This document shows, piece by piece, positions 24,203 through 40,064 of a stretch of DNA of 40,180 nt (its first letter is position 1; the number at the start of each line of letters is the position of its first letter). The notes below the pieces were generated by a model. It was not told the DNA's origin and searched no databases. It worked only from the letters and a program-made list of their open reading frames with translations. The DNA is from Streblomastix strix (Eukaryota): positions 1-40,180 of the forward strand of contig SNRW01000024.1 in assembly GCA_008636045.1 (NCBI GenBank), given 5' to 3'. A program made the position numbers and the translations under genes.

Positions 24203-25536
24203 ATTTATCACCCCAACGGATCTTCTTGAAATTTCTCTTCACGTTCTTGAATTGGTGTGGTAGGTTGCGCTTCTGGTGTGTCAATTATTCAAGCTTATTG
24301 CGGTTATATGCTTTACTACTACGTGTTTACGAATCCTTTTCCTCTTCCTCCACGACCACGCTTGCCAAATCCTCTATAGAAAGTATCATACCCACGACCT
24401 GAAGGGAACATTGGTCTTTATTGATAGCCATAGTATCCACGCGGAGGATAGACGTAGTTTGGAGGTAGCATTGATGTCTACTATTATAGAAACTGCTGCT
24501 GTAGAGGGTTATAACCTTATTGGTAAGCGCTATTAAATGGATTTATTAAAGGTGGGATGCTTCCAAGATTCATTTCCAACTGCATTTCCTTCATATATCT
24601 ATCAGCTTTCTGTATGATTTCTTCTGAGAATACATCCGAAGGTAGGAAATTTCCCTACGTTACTGCTTTGAAGCCTGGTGGTGCATTGGAATCTTCACGA
24701 GTTTTTGCCATATCTTGTGCTGCAATTGATATCATTTTGTAAGCATGCGCACACTGCTCCTAGTTGGGTCGCGTTTCAATAGACTCTTGGATAGCCACTA
24801 GGAGTGTTAACTAAGCATCAGTGATGGCACAAAGTGCATCGGCGAACCACTCATTCTTCTCAATCGGTGATTTTGGACCGGGACTTGCAACTGGCCATTA
24901 CCCTCGATACCTAAACTTGTGGAGATCTCTTGTAATTCCTATTCTGTCAGTGTATCCGAGAGGCTTGAACTATCTCATAGTTATTGCAAGTTCATCAGAA
25001 AGTATTTCAATTAGCTTCTGGTCGGTAGATTGATGATTTTTTGGCGCGTCAGGTATTTCATCTTCACTCAGTTGCGTTTCATTGTCACTTGACTCATTTG
25101 CAGTTACTATTCTCCCTTCACTAGCTTTCATTGTTTTCATGGCAATACCAATCTTGCTGCTTTTATTTTTCCGTTTCTTACGAATTGACGCATCAGACAG
25201 CGGCTGGTCAGCCTATTTGAAGTCTTGATCGACAATATGCTTCATTAGCACTCTCATTTTTGTATCAAAATCAGCATTTCGTTCGTCAAATGTCAGATCA
25301 TCGAATTTGGCAGCCTGCAGCACTTTCAGCCTTTCCTCGTCTGACAAAAGACTGATTCGCCATCGTGTTACCGAATTTAAATCGTTCATGTACTCGTGTC
25401 CTGAACCTTGCTTTTGGGAGGTATGGTGGTTAGCCGATGAGTCTGATATCATACACTTTATGAAAAACGGCCTGGCCCTTAGCTGGCCCTATGTGCTAAT
25501 AAAAGGTGAGTTTGCCTTCTGGAAGGAAGACAGCAT
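21416..25536 (-). pseudogene. DIRS gag-RT-RNase H-MTase, mirror copy
   Basis: Reverse complement of 14645..18765. Confidence 0.88.
21586..22398. mobile_element. MITE, mirror copy
   Basis: Reverse complement of 17783..18595. Confidence 0.9.
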
Positions 25537-25676
25537 AATCCGTAAGGGTTATGAAGAATGTCAAATGCTCCTTCATGAAGAGAAATGTGTTAAAATGAAG
25601 TTGTCAATTGATAAATGAGTTCGCAGATAAATTTTGTAAGTAGAAGTTCATTCCCAGACAGGTTTTACTAATTACA

Positions 25677-26281
25677 TCAATTAATTTTTATCTTATTTCT
25701 CGATTCAATAACTCGATTAAGATTTGATCCAACATTTGAAATCACGTTTCCAATCTATATATCAATACAAAAACTTCGAGTTTATTCTTTATTTTGAGCT
25801 GATAACAGTAGAAATTTTTCAAAAGCAATTTTAGCCAATTCATCAGAACATATTTCAACTGATAATATGGATGAATTAATCATAAACTAATTTGTATCTC
25901 TGACAAATTTGATCAACGAATCTTCATTTTTGAAAAGAACAAGAGCTTGACGGGTTTCCTTACCGTTTGTTTCTTCTAACCAAATTTAACTATAGTAAAA
26001 TAGATAGAATATAAACTTATTAAAACAGAATTATACTCAATTGAACCAAATTTGCTTAGAAAAACTCTAAAATCTGCTTCAACAGTCTATGGTGGAATAT
26101 TGCTACAAAGAGCAACAAAATTGTGAGATGGGTTAATAAATGCATATGGATTTATATTCTAAATATAAATTAAGAAAGGAATAATTTTGAAAATTGTAGA
26201 TAAATGAGAATAAACCTCTTATATACTCTCCTATCACTTTTCTAAGGCAATCCGCCTTTTCATTGATGTTTTTGATAATTC
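25677..26281 (-). CDS. RRM-like protein, mirror copy
   Basis: Reverse complement of 13900..14504. Confidence 0.5.
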
Positions 26282-26943
26282 AACAAATTTCATCTTTCTG
26301 ATATTTGTTAAATAAATTTTTTTTAAAAAAATATTAAATTAAAAAATATTTATAAATAAATAAATTATGATTTAGAAGAAGCCTGGATTGCATTTATTTC
26401 AAAAAATTGTATTATTCTTCAAAAAAACGAATAGTATGCAAGTATCTTATTATAATAATATAATAAAACTGCAAAATGTATCTTTTTATTGAGCATGAAA
26501 TATTAAATATGATTTATCAGCATTTGTAGGTCGAAATAATTCAAAAAAATCGAGTTTGTGTTTCCTTGATTAGTATTATGACTTATTAAATAATGAAGTT
26601 AAAATGTAATGCAATGACAGATTTTTTAGACTATTTATAATAAAATTCGTATTCTTAATCTTTAATTATTTTTTTATTGATTTTCCTTGCCATATGCCAA
26701 CTACAAATGTATAATTCAAATATTTAAACTCATGCCATTTTATTTTTAAATCTAAAATTGACAATAATGTTTTATTCTACAACCAGTACGTGTCTTTAAC
26801 AAGCAGGTTTTATTTTTTATTATTTAAATCATGTTTTTTGAGCTCTGTACTATATTTTAACAAATTTCTTATTCAAATTTGAATTATTTTTTTATATACT
26901 TAAATAATAGTTTTTGCCAAAATTCATTTGAAGATACCAGATT

Positions 26944-29900
26944 ATGGAATAATTAGAATTATTATAAAAACAAGGATTCTAGGTATATCTGTGATACTTT
27001 CTCTTCTTCATTAACATAAGTACTTCAATTTTATTGAATTATTGCAGATTTTAAAAGATATAGGTGTGCTTAATTAGCTAATTTTTGCTACATATATTTG
27101 AATTATTTTTTATAATTTTATTAAGATGAAGAACAATATGAAATGTATGATATTTTTTCCCTTAAAAAAATTATTTTGAAAGTTATTTGTAATAATTTTC
27201 ATATTTAGGATATTTCTTGTACATAGTATACAGACTGGGCTTGTAGCTGCAAAGGTTATGAAAAGTGCTGACTTTGATATTGACAGTTGGAACAAGTTAG
27301 GAATTCTCTAAGAGTATTAACTAGTTTTTTTGATATTTCTTTATATTTATATTTATATTTTATTTTGTAATATCTAAGAGGAGAGCCAATTCCATTTGTG
27401 GTGAAATATCATGCATCAAAATAAGTTGATGAATGGGAAATAATCTTGATGGATTTTGCCAATATGAAAGTTTGCTTAAATTAATTTTCATCCAACTATT
27501 ACACTTTTCATCTTAATTAAAATTTATTTATTTTCCAGAATCTTAATCTCATCATTAAATAAAAAGCTGTGCTTTCTGCTGGGACACTTCGAGCAATTGC
27601 AAAATAACTCTGTATGATTTTTTTTTTTAATTATTTTTTTTATTTCTATTTATTATCCATTTTCTAATAGTTGAGGGTTTAAGATTTGTCCACTCAAAGG
27701 GCTTTGTTCATGGGTATTCTAATATGATTATATTTCATTATTTGATTATTTTTTAATATATCCAGAAACATCAGAAGTGAAAATGTTTTACTGCACTGCC
27801 CTTCTGGATCTAATCATGTTGTGTGGAATATTTGTTAATTTAATATATAAAAATATTATTATATATTCTAAATAATTCATTTTTACTTTTAGATTGTGAA
27901 AATTGTAGGTATTGATATGGTTAAACCTGAAGAACGAAGGGAAAGAGAAATATATGGTGAGACGATGTTTGCAATAATTATTATATTAAATTATTAGCAT
28001 TAATTTCTTATATAGTTATAGTTTAAAAAGATATCTTAGTAAAGCACCCGAATAAGTTATTGGTGATAGAAAAGTTGATGCAAAAGTATGAATTAGATTA
28101 AATTATGAATAAATAACTTTTTTTTACTTCTTTGTTATTAAATATTATTAATTGTATTTATTTGTATTATTATTTATTATTAATTGAATTAGACTGATGT
28201 CTGGTCTGTTGGAGTTGTGTTATTCCAACTAGCAGGACATGAACATCCAATTAAAGCGACGAGTATTTCAGATTTGTTGAAGTTTGAAATTTGAAAGAAA
28301 AATTGAATTATAGATTATTTATTATTTTTAATTTTTTTTTCTTAAAAAGTTTTATACGATAAAAGACCATAAATCGACCTTCAACTATTCAAGATAACTT
28401 GCTCTGGGATCTTCTTATTCATCTTCTTGCATTTGATCGGACTAAGCGTCTTACAGCAGAATAAGCACTTCAACATCCTTATTTCACAGGTCCTTAAGCA
28501 CAATTAGAAATTAGCGCAGAAGCTAAATAAGTTGCAAGTTCTGCATTATAAGCTAAATAGAATGGAAACAAAAGTATCACTTAATATGATATAAATCCAT
28601 CTTTTACATTTTGTAAGTCTGAGATCAAAAGTGCACTAAACTATGATCTTGATATTAATCTTCAACAAATCTACTAATAATTTGGATTAAATTAATAATA
28701 ACCTATAGTATAATAAATGTAATATATTCCACCCACTATGAATATTTTACCTTAATAATAACCATTTAATCCACATTTTATTCCTTTTCAACCACCATTA
28801 TCATAAATTAACAGAGAATTTGTTCTTCCTGGAGAAAGTGTTGCATTTTCAAGTGTAGTACAACAAATCCAATAACCAAAATAATAAATCCAATAACCTT
28901 AATATCAAATAAAACCAAAATAATAATAATAACCAAATACAATTATTCCTTCTACTCATTAAGCCATTTAGCCATCTCTTCCTGTTCCATAATCTTATTC
29001 ATCTTCTTAACTGATTCCTGCTTTTAATACAACTTGGAAGTTATCTGATTGTATGAATTAATAATATTTATAATCGTTACGATTAATAATATTTAAATAT
29101 TTATTAATTATAAATTTTATTTCATATTATAATAATAATCAGTCAAAAAGCTCAAGAAGATTGGAAGAGGAAGATTTGGAACTGTATTTAGTATGTAAGA
29201 AATCAGGACATAAAGAATTGTAGCCATAAAAGAATGTGATTATGATACAGAAGAATTAAAATCAATGATGAACAGAGAAATTGAAGTAATGAAGGATATT
29301 ATAAGGATAATTAGATAATCAGCACATTAATCACAATTCATTCATGTTGTTGAACCGCTTGGATTCTTTGTGAATGAAGATGAAGATAAAGCATATCTTG
29401 TGATGGAACTGTGTTCAGGAGGTGATTTGCGTGGTTACATAAAGAATCTACAGAGAATTGGTGCTGAAATTGGTGCTAAGGTTTGATTATATAATAATTA
29501 TATTTATACTTGATAATTATATTATGTATCATTTAATCAATCAATCAATAATATATTATATTGTCAAACAGAAATGCTGGGAATTTGTGAGTTCAATTGT
29601 ATCTGCTGTTTACCAACTTCATGTGAATGGAATAATGCACATGGATTTAAAACCTGAGAATGTGTTGCTCACAGAAGACATCAAAGTGAAGTTGGGTTTG
29701 TTTTGTATATAAATCAATTTAGAATATTAATATATAATTATTATTATTATGAAAATTAATTAATTTATTTATTATTATTATTATTTATTTTGAATATCAG
29801 CTGACTTCGGATTGTCGAGGAAGCTCCAACAAGGAAAAGAATATTTGACACATCACGGAGGCACAACGTATGATATTAAATATGAATATAATAACATTTA

Positions 29901-30620
29901 TTAGGAAATCTATTTTTAATATTTATTTATATAATATTTCAGATTCTATCTTCCGCCGGAACTTCTTCGAGCAGAAACTGTACAAGTTGGAGCTGCAGGA
30001 AGATAACCTCAACAGTATATAATATATATTTATTAATTATGATTATTAATTAACTTAACTTATCTTATTTAATAATTCATTATCATGTTATATGTAATAT
30101 TTATTTTTATTTATATTTATTAATAAATATTTTATATTCGTATTTATTTATTCCAGGAAAAGAATGTAAACAAAAGGCGCTGATATATATGCCATTGGAG
30201 TCATGCTCTACGAACTCCTTGCACAACATCATCCATTCATTGGCAATGATGTATGTAAATTAATAAGAAATTATCCTTTATTATATTATTCTTATTATTC
30301 TTATTCTTATTATTCAATATTTAATATCTAAAAGGATGAATCTGCAGACTTATCTGAACTTGAGATTGTTCGTAGGATTGTTGATGAAGAAGCACCTGAA
30401 CTTCCTTCACATTATCCAGATAGTCTGAGGAAGTTGATCAAAGCGATGCTTTCAAAGGTATTTAATTGATTTGTTTATTAAATACATTATAATGATTTCT
30501 ATTTATTTATTTATTTATTTATTTATATTCAAATTAATAAATCAGGATCCATCTCGGCGCATTTCAGCAGAAGAAATCCTTTCCATTCCAGAAGTAGCAG
30601 CTAATTTGGGAGGATAATGA
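26944..30620 (+). CDS. Pseudokinase + kinase dual-domain protein, mirror copy
   Basis: ATG at 26944, TGA at 30618-30620; same motifs as 9561..13237. Confidence 0.88.
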
Positions 30621-30672
30621 TGAATCTAATTAGATTAGAAAGATCATATCTAAAAAGATGCATTATTCAAAC

Positions 30673-30822
30673 ATCACTACACAAGAGTTGCTTTTTATTT
30701 CCAAATCACTACACAAGAGTTGCTTTTTATTTACAAATCACTACACAAGAGTTGCTTTTTATTTCCAAATCACTACACAAGAGTTGCTTTTTATTTCCAA
30801 ATCACTACACAAGAGTTGCTTT
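30673..30822. repeat. 32-bp tandem repeat x5, mirror copy
   Basis: Reverse complement of 9359..9508. Confidence 0.93.
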
Positions 30823-31341
30823 ATATTACCAAATCAATTCGTTTTGATCCTTTGTTAACTGATTATCAACTGAAATTAAATAAATATTACAATATTACTT
30901 CTAATTATCACAATTAAAGCTTCATTATTTATTTATCTGCCAAACTCTATAAAATAATTTGTTTTTTATTCAGTAAATATGAAAAAATAATTCATTAACA
31001 TTGATTAATTTTGAATAGTTCCATTTATAAAGTAGAATGCAATCATAGAAATACAAAAAATATAAAGGAGAAGTAATTACTTATTCGCATTTATTTTCAT
31101 AATTTAAAAAAAATAACAAAAATAAAGGGGAAAAATTACACTCTATACATTCATTCTACAAATTTCAGAGAAAAGAGGATAAGAAATAATGAGTAAAAAA
31201 TAATAGAGCAATTACTAAAATGAGATTAATAATAAGGAAGAAGAAAAATGTATGTATCCTACTTTAGCATAAAAAAATTTAGAATGTGTGATTATGGTAA
31301 AAAAGAGTGAAAGAAAATAAATGTATCGATATTCCAATCTT

Positions 31342-34125
31342 TCACTTCGTTTCTTCATCTTAAGTTACTATATCAATTATTCTTAGAATGAGCTTCGAAT
31401 CTTTCAATATACTGATTTTATAAATATAAAATAAATATAATTAAATTTCATATTAAGAAATAATATTATTACAAAAGCATACTTAACATGCTCAACTTTA
31501 TGGTACTCTTCCCAAGTTACTTCTTATTTTTGCTCATTTTTCCATTTCTGAGGAACTAATCAACAAAAATTGAATATACACAAAAATAATAAATAAAAAA
31601 GTATATAAAATACAATTTCAATTAACATTCAATAAATTATTAATAATAATTTTCAAATAATATAACCTTAGAAAGATTGAATAGGAACTGTTCCATCACC
31701 ATCTCCATTGATCTCCTTTGGTTCATTCATCCACCAATAATCAATTTCTTTATTATTATATTCACTATTAGATTCACTATTATATTCACTATTTGAATCA
31801 TAATCTTCTTTATTTGTATTAGTGTCATCTTTATTGGATTACTGATACTATTTTCCTTTGTATTCAAGTCGAACCATTGTTTTTAGACCGACTCCATAAT
31901 GCAAACTTACTTTCATATTGGGTGCTGACATAATAAAATGACAAATAATAACAATAAAATTAAAATTGAAATGACAAATAATAATAAAATAATGTAACTA
32001 ATGAAAAAATGATTAATAAAATGTAATTAAATCATTTTCTTCATTAATTATTATTGAGTTAAACCTTTGGGTGGTTCATTAGTAATAGTTTGCATCTGTC
32101 TCACTGCTTCTGCTTGATCTGCCCTAGTTATTATAAATAATATACAATAGTACAAATATTGAAATTTAAATTAAATAAGGAAATTTAAATTATATTTTAT
32201 TTTATATGTAAGAGTTATTCTTTCATTCTATAATATTTATATTGATTATAATACTTATTATAAACTATTATTATTTTTTCTTACCTTCCAGTAGAATCAA
32301 ACATCCATGTAATATTCTTCACTGAAATTGGATATATTGTTGATGTTGTTTCATTTTTCTTTTTATTATATTCAATATCTTAATAATCTGATTTTTATTC
32401 ATCTTCATTTATTTATTAATTTTCTTTCTTTTCTGATACAATTTCAACTGTTGCTATTATTGAACTATCATCATTATTATCATTTTCTTAATTTTATTAC
32501 TATTATTTTTGAGTTTATTCAGAAATGAAGGCATTTTCATTTGGAAGCATCCAATATACTCCTATTATGATATAGTTTAATAATAAATAAATAATAATAA
32601 ATAATAATATAATTATTATTAAATAAATTAATAAAAATGTTTACTATTATTTAAATATTAAACCAGCAAAGAACTTAACTACTTCATGTGTATGTTCAGC
32701 GCTCATTGTTGGAACAACCCATTTCTTGGGTCCAGCAGCGAATGCAAGTGCCTGCAATAATATATTATATGATTAAGAATTAGATATTGAAATTAAAAAT
32801 AAATAAATAAATGAAAAAATAAACGATTAATTAACAATTTATTCTAATTTATTAATTAATTACTAAATAAAATTAATATATTAAACTATTAGTATGTTTA
32901 TTTCTATTCAATCATACTATAGTTGCCCCACCGAATACAGGAGATACCAAATTCATTGAAGCAATATATTTGTTAGTCCATGAAACGTCATTAATGAAGG
33001 ATGTAATGAATTGGTGTAAGAATGAACATCCTATTTATATATTAATATTAATTTAAATTATGTAAAGTATGAAAAGAAATTCATTGAAAATAATTAATGA
33101 ATTTAATACAATATAAAACATAAAACATAAATATAAATTCATCTATATTACACTTTCCTATTTAATTTCCTATTTAATATAATATTGCATATTACCTTCA
33201 CTGTGACCAACTAAATGTATCCTCTTATTCCCATTCATAATATAGGCTTTTTCAATCAGTCTTTTAACTTGGCTGTAAACTCCGCTTTTGGCAAGTTGCT
33301 ATGGGGTCATTATCCTGAAATCAAACTGAGTTAATTAATTAATTAAGTAAGAAATAAATAAATGATAATTTAATGTTTATTAGATTTAATTAATTATTAA
33401 TAATGAGAGAAAAGAAAAATTACTTAAAATAAAATTCAAATAATTTTTCAATGAAATTTTGTTTAATACTGGAATTCCAAATAAGTTCTACCCCACAGTA
33501 TATCCAGCCTTCTTCAAATTATCCACAAGTTTGTCATAATAACCAGCAATTATTGAGAAATGGGGAACAACTGTGCTTATTCCCTAAATTAATAGTAAAA
33601 TATAAATAGAAAATAAGTACATAAAAATGATAATCATACATCAACACCACCAAAATCAACTGGATGTACGTCTAAGTCTGGTTAGGAAGAAAATGTGTTC
33701 GAAGTCATATTATAAACGACGCTTACATCACGGCGATAACCTTTATCGCCATCGATCATTTTCCAAAATGATAGCCACAATGTCTCATAACTTGATGATG
33801 TTTTGTCTTTCTTCCGGTACTCTAATTGACTTCCACCGAGTCCTAGAAACAAAATATAAAAAAAATGAGAATTAATTATTGTTTTGAAAAAAAATTTAAT
33901 AGTTTATAAAAAATATAATATTTTAATTGTTAAATTAATTCAATCTTGCAAATATTATTTATTAAAAATACCAGGGACAAGCAGGACAGGGTTCACACTG
34001 TTTCTTCGCTCTACATTAAGTTCTTCGTATTCATTTTAATCGGTTTCTTCATAGATTCCAAACAGTTGCGATCCTTCAATAATTGCAACGAGTGTAAATG
34101 CCACAGTCAAGAATGTTAGATGCAT
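31342..34125 (-). CDS. LCAT/PLA2G15 family protein, mirror copy
   Basis: Reverse complement of 6056..8839. Confidence 0.88.
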
Positions 34126-34759
34126 TTTTTCGGATTATTCTCTTCGTTCGTTGATGAAGATTTAAATAAATTAAATAAAATTCTAAAATTTAAGCAATAT
34201 TATTTATAATTATTTTTATTGATAACATCTATTCTTTAAGCATATTGGCTTAATATCGATTTATTTTTGTTCAGAACAAAATCCTAATAAAATAATTTAT
34301 TTAATTGAATTCAACTAAGTTTTTTTTATTCCATTTAATTGCATATTTATTTATAATTCATATTACTTTGCTTCTATTTTTGAAATTGATTTTATGAGCC
34401 AACTCATTTACTCTTACTATTTTATTTGTCTTATTTGCAATTATTTTCACTGTTACTACTTATATTCCTTAAATTCTATGTATTTATTAATAAATCCATC
34501 AATTATTTCGATTTTAATTTTATTTAATAAATTTCAAATAACTTGTGAAGAATGAATGTATTTATATTAAAATACTATTTCTTGCAAAATTATCTTATTT
34601 TACGCTTGAAAATTTTGCTTACTTGAGTTATTATAAATCTTATCAGCTTTATCTTAACATTAAACATATCAATCTTTAATTTTAAGTTTACTATTGTGAT
34701 TTTAATTGTTTCATATTAATTTTTATTTTTAAATTTATCAGCCCTTGTTTTTATACTAA

Positions 34760-35507
34760 ATGAGCAAGAGAACAGTTGTGCTTGATGAAACAGACCCCCG
34801 CGAACTTGAAGCGCGAATTGTCCTTCCTGAGGAACTTCGGAACAAATTTTCCTTTGGGACACCAACTCAGAAGAATATAGCCACCCTTCGTGCACTGAAT
34901 ATTGCTTGTCTTCCTGTACGATACCGGCATTATTTCTATGAGCAAGTGCTATAAAGAGATTCGAGATTAACTCGATTAGGTTTTGCTTTTGTTTTTATTT
35001 TCAAATTCTTTTTTTTTTACCAATTAATAATTAATTTCATATTTAAATTATGAATCACATTTTCATTTCTTATATAAATATAGTGTATTTCAACGATGTT
35101 CTTGTTGGAGGAGTCTGCACAAGGATTGAGAACAACGTTGATTTGTATGTAATGTCAATAACTGTGCTTAAACCATATCGTAGAATGAAGATTGGTTTGC
35201 TAAATGAGGATAAAAAACATTACTAATTTTATTTATTTATTATTGTACATTCTGACTTGATTCAGGGTCATATCTTATGAACTACATCATAAACTTCGCA
35301 AAGCAGAATTCATACATCAAACGAATTTACTTGAATGTTCACACGCTCAATGTGGCAGCGATCAAATTCTACGAAAACGCTTTTGGGTTTGTGAATGTTA
35401 AGGAGGAGAAGGGATACTACAGCAATCTGAATCCACCTGACTGCTTTGTGCTGGAAAAAATTGTCAGAGAAGAAACTGGAAAGGGATCGAAAAGCGCAGG
35501 TCATTGA
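34760..35507 (+). CDS. NAA50: N-alpha-acetyltransferase 50, mirror copy
   Basis: Reverse complement of 4674..5421. Confidence 0.88.
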
Positions 35508-35709
35508 AATAAAATAAATATTTTATAAAATTTAAACATAAATGACCTTTTTGATTGTTTTCTTGTAAAATTTTAGTTTAGTTCGGTGTTTCTGCCATAA
35601 AAATTAAGTAAATTTATTCATTGCAAATTTCTCCAATAACTATATTCATATTCATATTTCATTTTGTTTATTTTATTTATATATCGATATTCCAATAATT
35701 TGAAAAGAA

Positions 35710-36908
35710 ATGGCTGAAAAAGGACTTGATTTAGCATAAGCAGATAAGGATTGGGAATATCTGAAATAAATTGCCGATAATCCTACGAGCACTGGTTGGA
35801 AAGAAGAGAAAAACAATAAAAATGATGGAGTTATTGTATATAGTAGAGTTTGCGATGATTAGGCTAAGAATATTATTGAGTTCCGCGGAGATGGCGAAGT
35901 TGATGCATCAGTTTAGCTGTGTTCCGATATTGTCAACGATGCAGACTCACGTGTGAAATGGGAAACTACAATGGAGAACTACCATATAGTTTGCACATAT
36001 TTTTATCATTATATAATATTAATATTTATTTATTTATGTTTTTTTTCAGCTGTGGAGAGGCGAGAATGGATACCATGCTTGTTACAACTAATCAAAGTCT
36101 GTTATTGGAGGAGTCATCTCGAGCCGCGATTTTATAACATTAAATGTGATCAGGTATAATATAGACATTTAATTTTATATGGAATTATTACATTATTAAA
36201 TAGTTAATATTATTAATTGTAACCATTAATTATTTTTTTATAATATTATAAATCAGACCAACAGAAAGTGGAGTTGTTATTTCAGCAGGAAGTTCAACAA
36301 ATGCGAAGTTGATTGATGAGAAACCTGGAGTAGTAAGAGGTTTGAATAGACATTTAATTTTATAAATTAATATTACTATTATATATATAATTCTTAATAA
36401 TCTAAATTAATTCTTAAATTAAATATTTATAATCCTTAATATACAAATTTAATATTATAATTCCTTGTATAGGATGGTGCTATCCCTGTGGATGGATAAT
36501 GACTCCGATCAATGAAAATAAGACCAAGATAATATATATCATGCGTTCAGATCTTAAGGTTTGAATATGCATTGGATAAATAACATTGGATTTCTTTTTT
36601 TTTTATTTTATTTATTTCCAATGAATTTTGTTCAATTTTATTTATATTTAATATTTTACATAATATTAATCAGGGCATTTTGCCAGTCTGGGCAGCAAAC
36701 CAAGGGTATGAAAATAAAAAATATATTATTCAATCAATATTAACTAAAAATAACGTTCAATTTTAGTATTAATTCTCTTTTATAAATATTCAATGATTAT
36801 ATTTTTATTATTAATTATTATAATTATTTGTTATATAGATTCGTTGGAGTTTTAGATCAATGGTTTGGCAAGTTCAAAACTGAGATAAAAAAGAGGCAGA
36901 GCAAATGA
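35710..36908 (+). CDS. START-domain protein copy B, mirror
   Basis: ATG at 35710, TGA at 36906-36908. Confidence 0.88.
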
Positions 36909-37243
36909 GGATTGAATTTAGAAGAAGAAAAATAAATTAACTCCAGTAACTGATTTATAGCAGATATTCAAAAGAGCATATTATTCTTATTATTCAATTT
37001 TTTTATTTTTTTGAGAGCATTTTAATCAGGATCTTATCTTTTTCAATAGTCCTATTAATAATTTTCTTTATTAATGTTATCCAATAAACAGTAATAAATT
37101 TTTTGAGTTTAATTGTATTTCAAATCAAACATTAAACAGTTAGAAATTTATTCATTGCAAATTTCTCCAATAACTATATTCATATTCATATTTCATTTTG
37201 TTTATTTTATTTATATATCGATATTCCAATAATTTGAAAAGAA

Positions 37244-38611
37244 ATGGCTGAAAAAGGACTTGATTTAGCATAAGCAGATAAGGATTGGGAATATCTGAAA
37301 TAAATTGCCGATAATCCTACGAGCACTGGTTGGAAAGAAGAGAAAAACAATAAAAATGATGGAGTTATTGTATATAGTAGAGTTTGCGATGATTAGGCTA
37401 AGAATATTATTGAGTTCCGCGGAGATGGCGAAGTTGATGCATCAGTTTAGCTGTGTTCCGATATTGTCAACGATGCAGACTCACGTGTGAAATGGGAAAC
37501 TACAATGGAGAACTACCATATAGTTTGCACATATTTTTATCATTATATAATATTAATATTTATTTATTTATGTTTTTTTTCAGCTGTGGAGAGGCGAGAA
37601 TGGATACCATGCTTGTTACAACTAATCAAAGTCTGTTATTGGAGGAGTCATCTCGAGCCGCGATTTTATAACATTAAATGTGATCAGGTATAATATAGAC
37701 ATTTAATTTTATATGGAATTATTACATTATTAAATAGTTAATATTATTAATTGTAACCATTAATTATTTTTTTATAATATTATAAATCAGACCAACAGAA
37801 AGTGGAGTTGTTATTTCAGCAGGAAGTTCAACAAATGCGAAGTTGATTGATGAGAAACCTGGAGTAGTAAGAGGTTTGAATAGACATTTAATTTTATAAA
37901 TTAATATTACTATTATATATATAATTCTTAATAATCTAAATTAATTCTTAAATTAAATATTTATAATCCTTAATATACAAATTTAATATTATAATTCCTT
38001 GTATAGGATGGTGCTATCCCTGTGGATGGATAATGACTCCGATCAATGAAAATAAGACCAAGATAATATATATCATGCGTTCAGATCTTAAGGTTTGAAT
38101 ATGNNNNNNNNNNACAAATTTAATATTATAATTCCTTGTATAGGATGGTGCTATCCCTGTGGATGGATAATGACTCCGATCAATGAAAATAAGACCAAGA
38201 TAATATATATCATGCGTTCAGATCTTAAGGTTTGAATATGAATTGGATAAATAACAATGGATTTCTTATTTTTATTTTTTATTTCCATTTTATTTATATT
38301 TAATATTTTACATAATATAAATCAGGGCATTTTGCCAGTCTGGGCAGCAAACCAAGGGTTTGAAAATAAAATATATATAATTCAACTAATATTAACTAAA
38401 AATAGCATTTAATTATAGTATTTATTCTATTTTATAAATATTCAATGATTTTTATTATTAAATATTCAATGATTATATTTTTATTATTAATTATTATAAT
38501 TATATTTTTATTATTAATTATTATAATTATTTGTTATATAGATTCGTTGGAGTTTTAGATCAATGGTTTGGCAAGTTCAAAACTGAGATTAAAAAGAGGC
38601 AGAGCAAATGA
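37244..38611 (+). CDS. START-domain protein copy A, mirror (spans the N gap; one exon artefactually doubled)
   Basis: ATG at 37244, TGA at 38609-38611; 37977-38103 is repeated at 38114-38240. Confidence 0.85.
38104..38113. other. Scaffold gap (10 N) with exact 127-bp overlap
   Basis: 37977-38103 = 38114-38240. Confidence 0.95.
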
Positions 38612-39012
38612 GGATTAAACTAAGAAGAAGAAGAATAAATTAACTCCAGTAACTGATTCATAGCAGATGTTCAAGAGAGCATTTTATTCATATTATTCAA
38701 TATTTTTATTTTTTTGAGAGCATTTTAATCAGGATCTTATCTTTTTCAATAGTCCTATTAATAATTTTCTTTGTTAATGTTGTCCAATAAACAGTAATAA
38801 ATTTTTTGAGTTTAATTGTATTTCAAATCAGGCATTAAACAGTTAGAAATCTATTTATTTATTTTATAGTTATTGAAACATAAATCCTTAACAATTGAGT
38901 TTTTGGAAGATAAAAACAATTTCATACAGCTAAACAAATAAAAAATTGTTAGTTAAGATGAAAGAAAGATAGCTCAAAAAATTTAAAAAAACTCTCAAAT
39001 TTAAAAATGTAC

Positions 39013-40042
39013 TCAATCTTACAACAATATATTCGGTTGATCAGTATTTTCTCTTGACTATACAATCTTATCATTATGGATCTGCCTCTCTTAACTTTTG
39101 ATTTGATCCAACTTCGCAATTTCGTCATCTATTTCCTCAGGTTTATATTTATTGTCCACTAAAATATGGCAAACCAGTTCTGATGTCCTCAAATCAGCTG
39201 AATCGACATAAGGCTTGTTAAGTTTCCCTGCGATAAACTTCCCAACATTCTCAGCATACAGATCAGGATTATTCCTCTCCTGCTCATTGGGTATGTATAG
39301 ATCATATACATGCATCTCAAACTTGTTGTAGAATTGAGTTAGTATCCCATAAGCGAGTCTGATTGTTGATACTGCATCGTAGTTGTTTGAGAAATGTTGT
39401 GATGGATAATTTATAGTGAATGGACGGATGGGTTTTCCAGCTACAAAAACACCCCTATGAAACCTGGTTACTTATTTGCCTGATGATGTTGTTCCTTTTA
39501 TGAGTTATAATGTGAATATATTAATTATAATAAAATTATAACATAAATATATTAAATAAAGAATAATTATAATGTGAATATATTAAATAAAGAATAATTA
39601 TAATGTGAATATATTAAATAAAGAATAATTATAATGTGAATATATTAAATAAAGAATAATTATAATGTGAATATATTAAATAAAGAATAATTATAACATA
39701 AATATATTAAATAAAGAATAATTATAATGTGAATAAAATAAATAAAGAATAATTATAATGTGAATATATTAAATTATATTTATAATATTTATTTAACAAA
39801 AGGATTATAATATATATTAAATTAAAAGAATAAGAAAACATCAAAATAAAAACTCTAAACCTTCTGGAAATACCAAAGGTGCATAAGGCGTATCATTTGC
39901 ATGCTTCATATCATATGCTTCATTAACCCTATTTGTAATCTCTTGTTGTGTTGAATAGTCTTTTGGCTTTATATCACTCTTCCTGTAGACAAGGATGTAT
40001 CTGAAGGCCTTTGCTAGGAATCGAGCCATAACGTCTTTTGTG
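39013..40042 (-). CDS. LPCAT-type acyltransferase, 3' exons, mirror copy
   Basis: Reverse complement of 139..1168. Confidence 0.85.
39505..39770 (-). repeat. Intronic ~31-bp minisatellite, mirror copy
   Basis: Reverse complement of 411..676. Confidence 0.83.
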
Positions 40043-40064
40043 ACTGGTGAAATAAATATAAAGA

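Larger units (their letters stand above)
20323..25676 (-). mobile_element. DIRS-type retrotransposon, mirror copy
   Basis: Reverse complement of 14505..19858. Confidence 0.9.

Noticed and set aside
38114..38240. Exon duplication in mirror START copy A
   Set aside because: It is the exact 127-bp overlap at an N gap and is absent from the left arm.
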